32,670 bases of DNA from UHGV virus genome UHGV-0203498. One strand, given 5' to 3'. Below are positions 8,555-16,401 of the stretch, piece after piece; position 1 is the first letter of the stretch, and each line of letters opens with the position of its first letter. A model generated the notes under the pieces. That model did not search any database, was not told the DNA's origin, and worked only from the letters and a program-made list of their open reading frames with translations. Position numbers and translations under genes: made by a program. The stretch comes from a virus.

Positions 8555-8644
8555 GCTATCCCCCTGGGATTGTGGCAGAGCGGGCCACCCGCTCGACTTC
8601 ACGCTTCTAATATTATCAGTGGTAAAAATAATCGCAAAATTCGC

Positions 8645-8674
8645 TTGCAATCTGGGTGTTGGTTGCACTATATT
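8645..8674 (+). promoter_or_regulatory. Putative sigma70-like promoter for the DnaN-like moron (TTGCAA-N18-TATATT), overlapping TTGGTTGCAC motifs
   Basis: TTGCAA at 8645-8650 and TATATT at 8669-8674; TTGGTTGCAC copies at 8659-8668 and 8673-8682; palindrome TTGGT-N5-ACCAA at 8673-8687 just before the RBS. Confidence 0.4.
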
Positions 8675-8703
8675 GGTTGCACACCAACAACGAGGAAATG
8701 AAA

Positions 8704-9216
8704 ATGATTAGAGTTAACTATGCCGACCTTAAGGCTGCTACGATGTGCGCCGCTACTAATGACGTCCGATACTACCTAAATGGTGTATTTTTCGACGAGA
8801 AAGGATTCATCGTGTCGACCGACGGCCACCGTTTGTTCTGCGGGTCCGCGGTTGTTCCAGAAGGTGAAAGTAAAATAGTATCAATTAAAGGCCGCTTACC
8901 TACTAAATTCGAATACTGCAACATCGACGGCACCTCCGCAGCGTTCTTCGATAGTAAAGACGTATTAATAGATACCATACCCTGCGAGATTGTAGACGGA
9001 CGCTTTCCAGACTGGAGAAGAGTTACGTCTTTCGTCAGCAATACCGTGGAGGCTATTGGGTTTAACGGGGCATACCTGGCCGACGCCTGCAAAATTGCTA
9101 AATTGTTCGACCGTAAGTTTGAGGGCTTAAAACTGGAATTCCAGGGTGTAGACAAAGCAACACGCGTGCTGTACAAAGGAGGTGCCTTCTTAGTTATCAT
9201 GCCGATGCGTTTGTAG
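8704..9216 (+). CDS. Truncated DNA polymerase III beta sliding-clamp (DnaN) homolog, 170 aa
   Basis: Translation carries DnaN signatures in order: DVRYYLNGVFF, STDGHRLF, VDGRFPDWRRV, IGFNGAYLADA and C-terminal FLVIMPMRL (E. coli DnaN: DVRYYLNGMLF, ATDGHRLAV, VDGRFPDYRRV, IGFNVSYVLDV, YVVMPMRL). ATG at 8704 is 7 nt after GAGGA. Alone on the plus strand among minus-strand head genes. Confidence 0.75.
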   Translation: MIRVNYADLKAATMCAATNDVRYYLNGVFFDEKGFIVSTDGHRLFCGSAVVPEGESKIVSIKGRLPTKFEYCNIDGTSAAFFDSKDVLIDTIPCEIVDGRFPDWRRVTSFVSNTVEAIGFNGAYLADACKIAKLFDRKFEGLKLEFQGVDKATRVLYKGGAFLVIMPMRL

Positions 9217-9221
9217 TTACC

Positions 9222-9255
9222 AAAAAGGGGGCCATTACAGCCCCCGAATTATTTT
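9222..9255. terminator. Bidirectional intrinsic terminator between the DnaN-like gene and the o-spanin gene
   Basis: Stem GGGGGC (9227-9232) / GCCCCC (9240-9245) with loop CATTACA. Flanked by A5 upstream (U5 on the minus strand) and GAATTATTTT downstream. Confidence 0.55.
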
Positions 9256-9465
9256 CTGCAACTCCAGCACTTGCGCCCTTAGCATAGCCCCGCATTCCAT
9301 ATTTTTAACATCAACCAGCAAGTCTTCGTCTGGGTCTGCCGAGGCATTCTCAAAAGTGCAAGGCGGTCTATAGACCGACTCGGTTAGCGGCGTCAATGGC
9401 ACGTTGCTTGATCCGCACGCGCTCAGCATCAAAACTGCAATCAGTACGGTCAGGACGCGTAACAT
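9235..9465 (-). CDS. Putative o-spanin (outer-membrane lipoprotein, Rz1-like)
   Basis: Signal peptide with lipobox LSAC-GSS; small Pro-containing mature region with Cys residues. AAGAGG RBS. Its start lies inside the 3' end of the upstream membrane-protein gene in another frame (overlapped spanin architecture). Confidence 0.5.
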   Translation of the reverse strand: MLRVLTVLIAVLMLSACGSSNVPLTPLTESVYRPPCTFENASADPDEDLLVDVKNMECGAMLRAQVLELQKIIRGL

Positions 9466-9679
9466 ATTTTACAACCTCTTTCGTGATAGTCCGGTATTCC
9501 ACATCGCGGGCCTGTTCGGCCTGCACTGCCCCCTCGACAACCTTAGTTTGCTGCCGTTGGGCTTTCGCTTGCGCCGCTTTCTCCTCTTTCACCACAACGC
9601 CAGCGCGGTAGGAGTCACCCAGCCAGAAGCCAACTGCCAGGCCGATAATTAATCCAATCGCTGCGTATTTAATCACGCC
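9368..9679 (-). CDS. Putative i-spanin (Rz-like; N-terminal transmembrane segment plus charged helical periplasmic region)
   Basis: GTG start at 9679 gives MIKYAAIGLIIGLAVGFWLG (TM segment) followed by KEEKAAQAKAQRQQTKVVEGAVQAEQ. The o-spanin candidate is embedded in and extends beyond its 3' end. Start codon is uncertain (TTG at 9706 is also possible). Confidence 0.45.
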   Translation of the reverse strand, partial: GVIKYAAIGLIIGLAVGFWLGDSYRAGVVVKEEKAAQAKAQRQQTKVVEGAVQAEQARDVEYRTITKEVVKYVTRPDRTDCSFDAERVRIKQRAIDAANRVGL

Positions 9680-10772
9680 ATAACCCCCGGTTTTTAAGCT
9701 GTGCAATAGTCATTAACTCACCCGCATCGGTGAACATTTTCGGCACTTTCACGCCGCGCATAATCTGGTCAGCGCGCTGCACCCCGTATAACTCCTCCAG
9801 AATATGGCGCGGCTGGCGCTGCACCCATGAGAAGAAATCAGTCTGCGCGTCTACATGTTCACTCAGCAACCGACCCGCGTCAGCCTTCAGTGCCGGACGC
9901 TTACCACTGGGCCAGTCTTCCATGCCCTTAACTTTCCACGTCTCCGTCGAACGGCAGCAATAATGCAGCTTACCCGGACCAGCGCCATACTGCGATCCAG
10001 CCACCACTTTTCCGCCGCGCTTTCCTTTGGTCTCGGGAGTGACGTCCACAGGATAAAACAGGCGATCGCGTAGCTGGCACATAGGGGAGGTATGAGTGTC
10101 CAATGTAGCCAACCATTGGCGACCTTCGAGAATATCGTCATTTGCTTTCACCATTAATTCGCGGGCGGTCGCCGCATAGTGGTTGACTGCGGACTTAACC
10201 ACGCTTGAGATGGCCTGCGCACTACGACCGCCGAGCGCGCGCCTTACGTCCGCAATTATTTCCATAGTCGGCTTGCCCTGGATGAATCCAGCGCGCACCT
10301 GATTCCCGATCTGCGTCCTGGTCCACTCAGAGAGTGAGTCAGGCCATTGCATCATCGTATTACCCTGAAACGGGTTTTTCATAGCCGTCGCTGCGATCTG
10401 CGCGCCGGTTACTACGCTCACTACCTCAACAGCTGGAACGGCAACCGCTGGCTGGATCGCTGCCGTTAATGTGTTGGCGAGATAATCAGCCTCCGTGTCG
10501 GCGAACTCCTGAAGGCTTTCTGCCAGCGCCTTAAACTCGGTGCGCAGTTCTGTCTTAACGGTCTTGTCGAGTTGCGTCAACAGTGTGGTAAGCGCCTTGT
10601 TATTCATGGACTTTTTGCCATCAAGCAACTCGGTCAGCTTCCCCAGTAGCGTGGGCCGGAACTTCTCCCACATAGCCAGCACCCTTCGCGCCTGGTCATT
10701 GCTCAGGCGCTGGGTGAAAATGTGACGGCGGATCATGCGATCCGCCAGATGTTGATTAATCGTTCTCGCCAT
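9669..10772 (-). CDS. Head morphogenesis protein (Mu F / SPP1 gp7-like minor head protein)
   Basis: 367-aa ORF immediately downstream of the portal gene and overlapping it by 17 nt. Region WLATLDTHTSPMCQLRDRLFYP resembles the Mu F-family conserved core. Confidence 0.6.
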   Translation of the reverse strand: MARTINQHLADRMIRRHIFTQRLSNDQARRVLAMWEKFRPTLLGKLTELLDGKKSMNNKALTTLLTQLDKTVKTELRTEFKALAESLQEFADTEADYLANTLTAAIQPAVAVPAVEVVSVVTGAQIAATAMKNPFQGNTMMQWPDSLSEWTRTQIGNQVRAGFIQGKPTMEIIADVRRALGGRSAQAISSVVKSAVNHYAATARELMVKANDDILEGRQWLATLDTHTSPMCQLRDRLFYPVDVTPETKGKRGGKVVAGSQYGAGPGKLHYCCRSTETWKVKGMEDWPSGKRPALKADAGRLLSEHVDAQTDFFSWVQRQPRHILEELYGVQRADQIMRGVKVPKMFTDAGELMTIAQLKNRGLWRD

Positions 10773-12276
10773 TGTCCGCTACCTTGTCCGGGTCTTCTTC
10801 GGTAGATTCTACCGCATCAGGTGACATTTGAGGCAATGGATTCTGATTTCGCAATTCGTCTTCCACCTGCTCGACGGTTTGCGAGTCGTCGATGACGCCC
10901 TGCGCCATCATCCACTTGATGAAATCAGCCAGGCGGACCGTACCAGTCTGCACACCCGACATCATCGCTGTCATAAGCTGCGCATCAACCGTGATTTCGG
11001 TGTAGAACTTGTTCAGCGTCACTCGCTGGTCCGCGGTGTCTCCAGTGAATAGCTGGACAATTTGCAGCGCACGGTTGAAAGCCTTCTCAACGTTACCGGC
11101 AATAAGTGACAGGATACTGTTATCAGTCTGCGCGTCGTAGGCCGCTTCTGTTGCCGTCTTAGGTGCAGTCCCCTTCTCAACCAGGGCCGCGCCAAGTTTA
11201 GCCATTTGCAACTCGCGGCGCTCGCACAACGCTACCGACAAGTTGCGCTCCTCGGCCTGGAGCAGTTTAGCGTCCATGTTCTGGCCCAGGATAACGCCCT
11301 TAGTTGCACCGAGAGCAATGCCACCCTTCAGGTTTTTGTCCGCCCATGATTGCGTCAGGCCCGTGGTGACAAGGGTCGGCTGGCCCACAATGTGCGCGAT
11401 CTCGGCAACGTCCGCTTCGGCGTTGTAGTGCTTAATATTGATAGACGCAATATCCGCCAGCGGCGCGGCGTCAGGCGATGCGTTGTTGTCCACCGCGCCA
11501 CACCAGCAAAATGGCAGTTGAGTAAGCGCGTTACCGGCTGCGTCCACCAACGGTACAAGGTCGGTTCGGGTGAAGCCACGCGGCAGGTCCATTTGCACCT
11601 CGGACGTGTCAGCGTTGTAAAACCAGCGGCGGGCGTGTGCCTTGCCGTCAATCATGCGAAGCTCGGTCCAGATGGTTACTTCGTGGTTTGCGAAGTCGTC
11701 CGGGTCTTCGGTGCTGATTTCGTCCGTTTCCTTCAGCACGATTAGCGTATCGACCCCGTGGGTCTGCCGCCAGTTGATGATCTGTTCTGCCGTATACAGG
11801 CGGATAAGCGGGCGGTGCGCAGCCATCTCGGCGGCGGTCTGCGGCACTACGTTACCCAGTTCGTCAAAGTTGGCCTGGTGGTCGTAGTCCACCATAAAGC
11901 CAGCGCGGCCAGATTGCAGCACTTCCGACATAGCACCGCGCAGGAGTTGCGGCAACGGCATACCGCTGCCGTCTACGTCATCAATCAGGTCAGCCATCGC
12001 CCCGGAAAGGTCCAGACTTACCGGTTTTGCAAAGGCAACGCCCAACAGCGCGTTAAGTGTGCGAGCGGTGGCGTTCAGGAATACAGCGCGTTGCTTATAC
12101 GCCTTATACCGCGCCCGTGATTTCGGGTCAGTATTGTCGCCGCTGGCGGGATGTGGCAGATACAAAGGGCCGCACGCCTTCACGGCGCGCTCCCCTGCTA
12201 CACAATCCCGGATCATTTTCCACTCTGGCGCGATGCGCGCATAAAGCGGGTGCTGGTTGTCAACGTTAACGGTCAT
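10756..12276 (-). CDS. Portal protein
   Basis: 506-aa ORF directly downstream of the large terminase gene; AAGGAA RBS; acidic C-terminus. Size and position fit a portal. Confidence 0.65.
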   Translation of the reverse strand: MTVNVDNQHPLYARIAPEWKMIRDCVAGERAVKACGPLYLPHPASGDNTDPKSRARYKAYKQRAVFLNATARTLNALLGVAFAKPVSLDLSGAMADLIDDVDGSGMPLPQLLRGAMSEVLQSGRAGFMVDYDHQANFDELGNVVPQTAAEMAAHRPLIRLYTAEQIINWRQTHGVDTLIVLKETDEISTEDPDDFANHEVTIWTELRMIDGKAHARRWFYNADTSEVQMDLPRGFTRTDLVPLVDAAGNALTQLPFCWCGAVDNNASPDAAPLADIASINIKHYNAEADVAEIAHIVGQPTLVTTGLTQSWADKNLKGGIALGATKGVILGQNMDAKLLQAEERNLSVALCERRELQMAKLGAALVEKGTAPKTATEAAYDAQTDNSILSLIAGNVEKAFNRALQIVQLFTGDTADQRVTLNKFYTEITVDAQLMTAMMSGVQTGTVRLADFIKWMMAQGVIDDSQTVEQVEDELRNQNPLPQMSPDAVESTEEDPDKVADNGEND

Positions 12277-12286
12277 GTTCGTTTCC

Positions 12287-13672
12287 TTAGTAGAAGTCTA
12301 CAGTTGGAACAACGGCGATTGGGCGAATCACAGGGAACAAGTGCGCAATTGGATAGCCCGCTGCATCGTTCATGTGGTCCACTCCGGCGGTTTTATCCGG
12401 CTCGCCTTTCTTCAGGTCGTAAACCTGCTGTTCCAGGCATTTCGCTAGTGTAGGGCATTTATCCAGGTTGACAAAATACTGGCGCACGCCCTTCGAGTTG
12501 CACATCATCGTATTCATCGCGATCAATCGGTCTTTCACAGGCGGGTTAACGCTGTCATATTCCACCTCGAAGCCTGCGTCTTCCAGTTGCGCGATATCTG
12601 ACGAAGAGGCGTTAACCGTCTTACGCGACTTGCCGCTGCTATCCGGGTAAACGACAACCCGACCGGCAGCACAATGATCGGGGTAGCGCTCCTCGATCGC
12701 CTCAATCATAGCCGGGGTGTCAAACAGGTCCACAAATTCATCCACTGCGTGGATTTCGTCGCGGAACTCCTTGTTCTCGGTAGTGCGCTGCCGTCTGACG
12801 TACACAACCGCAGCCATTTTCGTGACGTTAAAGTCCATACCAATAATCAACGTGTCATCCGGTTGCACTTCTTCGGTGCTGGCGTTCTCCTCACGGTTGA
12901 ACATCTTGTATACTGCGCCCGACGTAAGGTTGACAAACAGGCCGTTCAGGTACGCATCAATCAGGTTAGCCGGGTACTGACTGCGCAGCGTGTCGATAAA
13001 GTCTGCCGGTAGGTGGTGGTTATCGGTGGTCTTCGCCCGGATCAAACGCTTCTGGCTATCCTTCTCCACTTCAAAAATCTGGTACATCGCCCGGTAGCCT
13101 TCAGGCGTGGATACGATGACAAACTGGCGCACCAGACCCGCACGCAGACGACCAAGCAATTTGTGATACGCCGCAATTGCGACGTCCTGCTTAGTAGTGT
13201 CGAACTCATCGGCAACAATCCACGCGGCGTTAACACCGATAAGGCGGGTATAGTTCTCCATTGACTCACAAATAACGCGCGTCCATTTGCCTTTCACCAG
13301 CACGCTATAAATCTTGTCCTGCTTGTTGAACTTCCACCGGAAGCCAGCCTCGTCGAAAGCCTTCTCCAGCTCCGGATACATGATTTTAACCAGGAGTGGG
13401 ATAGTCGGCTCGGTCACGATGCCGTCATGACCAGGGTTCAGTGTCAGAAGCTGGATGACCTTACGTGCTGCAACCCATGACTTACCACCACCGAAGCCGG
13501 AACACAGACCGAGGATTTTAGTCTTAGTGTCCCGCAGTAGTTCCACCTGGTGCGGAAGGCAATCAGGCTGATACAGGCGGACGGCCTGTGCAACTCGCGT
13601 TGGGCGTGGCGGTCGGTTGCGCTTTGCGATCGCGCGTTCCAGGGCGCGGTGTTCTGCCGCATAGTTGCGCAT
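12287..13672 (-). CDS. Terminase large subunit
   Basis: Walker A GLCSGFGGGKSW and Walker B-like IVADEFD; 461 aa; its start overlaps the small-subunit stop (TAATG). Confidence 0.85.
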   Translation of the reverse strand: MRNYAAEHRALERAIAKRNRPPRPTRVAQAVRLYQPDCLPHQVELLRDTKTKILGLCSGFGGGKSWVAARKVIQLLTLNPGHDGIVTEPTIPLLVKIMYPELEKAFDEAGFRWKFNKQDKIYSVLVKGKWTRVICESMENYTRLIGVNAAWIVADEFDTTKQDVAIAAYHKLLGRLRAGLVRQFVIVSTPEGYRAMYQIFEVEKDSQKRLIRAKTTDNHHLPADFIDTLRSQYPANLIDAYLNGLFVNLTSGAVYKMFNREENASTEEVQPDDTLIIGMDFNVTKMAAVVYVRRQRTTENKEFRDEIHAVDEFVDLFDTPAMIEAIEERYPDHCAAGRVVVYPDSSGKSRKTVNASSSDIAQLEDAGFEVEYDSVNPPVKDRLIAMNTMMCNSKGVRQYFVNLDKCPTLAKCLEQQVYDLKKGEPDKTAGVDHMNDAAGYPIAHLFPVIRPIAVVPTVDFY

Positions 13673-14223
13673 TACTCACCCTGGCCTTTGCCTGTAGGTT
13701 CGACAACGACGTCGCCGTTATCATCTTCGTCATCATCCAGCGGAATATCGTCGCGGACGCCGTGGTTGGCTTTAAGCAGGAACGTAGCGAAGCCCGCCGC
13801 GATGGTGACGCCGCCAGCTTCCATCAGGAAAGTTTTCTGCAATTCCATAGCGTCCGCCATCGCCTCGGCGAACTCCTCATGTGCGCGCGCCCAGCGGTAC
13901 AGGCAGGCGATGCCAACCCCAATATCCGCAGCAAAGCGACCGAGAGTCGGCATCTTGTGGCGGGGAATGACTTGCGCAGCGCCCTTGTCGGAGTAGTTGA
14001 TCTGCCAGGCTACGGCATCGGCAAAATAGCGGCGAAGCTGGTCGCAATACACAGTGCGGTAGTCTGTCGGGCGCCCACATTTGCCGCCTTTACGACGCTT
14101 GCCATATTCGATCTCAGGTCCAAGATTGGTATGTTCGGTTTGCTCGCCTGGTTTACGGCGCGGGGTGACTGCCACTCGACCGTCCAGTTTGGCACGACGG
14201 CCCTTAACTCTGATTTCTGCCAT
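13672..14223 (-). CDS. Terminase small subunit
   Basis: Directly upstream of the large subunit gene. N-terminal basic DNA-binding-like region GRPTDYRTVYCDQLRRYF and an acidic C-terminus. Start taken at ATG 14223; ATG 14244 is also possible. Confidence 0.65.
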   Translation of the reverse strand: MAEIRVKGRRAKLDGRVAVTPRRKPGEQTEHTNLGPEIEYGKRRKGGKCGRPTDYRTVYCDQLRRYFADAVAWQINYSDKGAAQVIPRHKMPTLGRFAADIGVGIACLYRWARAHEEFAEAMADAMELQKTFLMEAGGVTIAAGFATFLLKANHGVRDDIPLDDDEDDNGDVVVEPTGKGQGE

Positions 14224-14353
14224 GATATAAGCCCTTTTATGCATATGCGCCGACCATCGGCAACATAGGAGACGGCCCTGCCATCTAAGGGGGATTATAA
14301 CAGGCACAAAAAAGCCCACCAAATCGGCAGGCTGGGAGGCTTACGGGTTGCCG

Positions 14354-15496
14354 TTACTTCAACATTTCCGGGCTAATGGTTAAGCGCGCTACTTCGCCGT
14401 AATTGGCGCTGTAGGTGATGACGTTGGCACTACGACCGGACATCCAACCGCCGCGGCTTGCATATGCGTCTTTCGCGGCGAGCGTCCGGTGCTGCTCAAC
14501 AATCATGTTACGGGATTCTACAATCTTCTGGTGGTGCAAGTGACCGACATGCGCGTAACTGTACTCGCTTTCGCCAAATGCTTTTCTGAACTTAGCAATC
14601 ATAACCGTCTCGATTGCATCAAAGCGTGCTTTGTGTCCGTGGTGGAAAAACAGCGTGGTTTTACCGTGCCGCACCATCTTGTATACGTCCGGGGACGTGT
14701 CAACATCGACGCGCGGCTCGTTCTCATACAGGGTATTGAACATCTCCGCAAGCCAAATCATACCAGACTCGTCATGGTTGCCCTGGACAATTAGCAGTTT
14801 GACTTTGTGGTGCTTTTGCAGCGCCAGATCAACCACGTTGCGCACCATGCGAATCATGTAGCGCACCAACTTCTGGTATCGGGTGTCCGCGTCCAGAATG
14901 TGACCACTTGCCGGAGTGACGGCATCGAGGCTGTCAAAGTGCGCCATATCCCCGAGGATATTGATTACGGCAGTTCCTGCGTCTGGTGCGCGGGCGAATG
15001 CTTCGACAAACCAGCGGTAGAACAGATCTTCGGCGATTGCCATATCCCAGTCTTCGCCAGTCTCCTCGCCCCATGCCAGCATTCCCAGGTGGAAGTCTGA
15101 CACTGTGTACAGGTTGAGTAGGTCAAGTGCCTGGATCGGGACTGGCGGGGCGCTAACTGGTGCTGCCGGTGTGATTTCGCTGTTCATACCCTCGACAACA
15201 GCGCGCATTGCTTCGAGTTGGCGCTCCTTGTCCTGCTCGGTGATAACCCATGACATGACCTCCTCGCCATTGCCACGCACCAGGGCGGAGACACGCTTGA
15301 CGCCGAATCCATCGGCAACGCGCTTACGGATCACAGCATCGTTGCCGTGTCCAATACCTTTCTTCGACAGTCTGGCTTTGCGCATGTAGACATTCCGAAG
15401 AGCAATGCCGTATTTCTTCGCAATCTCTTTCGATGTAGTGCCAGCTTGCAATTCAGCGATTAATTGCTCGTCGGTAATTTTAGTTTGCGGGTGCAT
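14354..15496 (-). CDS. Helix-turn-helix domain fused to a calcineurin-like metallophosphoesterase (SbcD/Mre11-like motif set)
   Basis: N-terminal HTH-like ITDEQLIAELQAGTTSKEIAKKYGIALRNVYMRKARL. Metallophosphoesterase motifs SDFHLG, GDMAHFD, VQGNHDE, FHHGH and GHLHH. Confidence 0.7.
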   Translation of the reverse strand: MHPQTKITDEQLIAELQAGTTSKEIAKKYGIALRNVYMRKARLSKKGIGHGNDAVIRKRVADGFGVKRVSALVRGNGEEVMSWVITEQDKERQLEAMRAVVEGMNSEITPAAPVSAPPVPIQALDLLNLYTVSDFHLGMLAWGEETGEDWDMAIAEDLFYRWFVEAFARAPDAGTAVINILGDMAHFDSLDAVTPASGHILDADTRYQKLVRYMIRMVRNVVDLALQKHHKVKLLIVQGNHDESGMIWLAEMFNTLYENEPRVDVDTSPDVYKMVRHGKTTLFFHHGHKARFDAIETVMIAKFRKAFGESEYSYAHVGHLHHQKIVESRNMIVEQHRTLAAKDAYASRGGWMSGRSANVITYSANYGEVARLTISPEMLK

Positions 15497-15649
15497 ATTA
15501 ATTTAATTCCTGATTGAGAGGACCGGGGACAATATACCACGGTCGCTATAGTAATTCGCAAATAACCATACCTACGAATGCCGCTGTGGCCCATATTGCC
15601 AATACCCAAATATCATTGCGTGTCATAGTGTGTTACTCCTTCTCGTTGA

Positions 15650-15685
15650 TTGGTTGCAGTATGGTCTCTATGTTGGTTGCAAGTC
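15650..15685 (+). promoter_or_regulatory. ATTGGTTGCA motif pair
   Basis: GATTGGTTGCAG and TGTTGGTTGCAA lie 24 bp apart, immediately beside the 15691-15716 hairpin. Confidence 0.45.
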
Positions 15686-15690
15686 AAGCA

Positions 15691-15716
15691 ATAAAAAGCC
15701 CGGATAATTCCGGGCT
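15691..15716 (-). terminator. Intrinsic terminator downstream of the endolysin-distal small gene
   Basis: Perfect 8-bp stem AGCCCGGA / TCCGGGCT with loop TAAT; on the minus strand it is followed by UUUUAU. Confidence 0.5.
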
Positions 15717-15722
15717 TCATGT

Positions 15723-15893
15723 TTACGCCTCCGGTCCTGCCGGTGGTTCCGGTGCCGCTGGTTCTGGCAGCTTCGCATCAAAGACACCCGCATGACTGAT
15801 AGTGTCAGCGATAATGGCGCGTGCGCCAGGGTCTTCGGTTTTAGCCAGCGCGGCGAGCGCGTCGGCGTTATGATCAAGAATGCTTTTTAACAT
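15723..15893 (-). CDS. Small hypothetical protein (56 aa) downstream of the endolysin gene
   Basis: ATG at 15893 preceded by GAGGAG at 7-nt spacing; sequence MLKSILDHNADALAALAKTEDPGARAIIADTISHAGVFDAKLPEPAAPEPPAGPEA. Confidence 0.45.
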   Translation of the reverse strand: MLKSILDHNADALAALAKTEDPGARAIIADTISHAGVFDAKLPEPAAPEPPAGPEA

Positions 15894-15909
15894 ACTGTGT
15901 CTCCTCGTA

Positions 15910-16401
15910 TTACACTGCGTTACGTCCAATTTTCTCGGCAACGTCCCACTGCTTACCATCGAATAGTGCCTGCCTGCCGATTGCACGACGGACAAGCCCC
16001 TTGAGCACTACCCCGCCTTGCTTGCGGAATTGTGGCAGTGTAGCTCGCACCTTAGCCCAGTCACCCAGTCGCACCGCATCGTCGAAGTCACCGGCTACGT
16101 CGTCCGGCATGACCGGACCCGGGCCAGCATTGATAACCAGGTCCACCAGCGCGTCGAATTGCGCCTGATTAATGCTCGGGTGTGCGTACTTGTTAACCCA
16201 GTTCTCGGCATACGCCACATCGCGCTTGAGTAGCTCCAGCGCTTCCGCTCGGGTAATGCTTCGAGGCGGGTTCGTGCCAGTATGCCCATAGCCCCAGGTG
16301 TACAGGCCGCGTGCCTGCTCTTTCTTAGTCGCGAAATACGGCACTGGGCTGAATTGCTCCCATGCTGCCGTAAATCTTAGACCGTTGTCACTGAATCGCA
16401 T
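15910..16401 (-). CDS. Endolysin, phage lysozyme (GH24-like)
   Basis: N-terminal region AAWEQFSPVPYF...GLYTWGYGHTGT matches the catalytic-Glu and GYGHT region of T4/P22-type lysozymes. Its start overlaps the upstream holin-like stop (ATGCGATTCAGTGA). Confidence 0.8.
   Translation of the reverse strand: MRFSDNGLRFTAAWEQFSPVPYFATKKEQARGLYTWGYGHTGTNPPRSITRAEALELLKRDVAYAENWVNKYAHPSINQAQFDALVDLVINAGPGPVMPDDVAGDFDDAVRLGDWAKVRATLPQFRKQGGVVLKGLVRRAIGRQALFDGKQWDVAEKIGRNAV

Noticed and set aside
14223-14322. Extended N-terminus of the small terminase ORF (track start at 14322)
   Set aside because: The upstream extension (MVGFFVPVIIPLRWQGRLLCCRW...) has no RBS and odd composition; internal ATGs at 14244 or 14223 are better supported.
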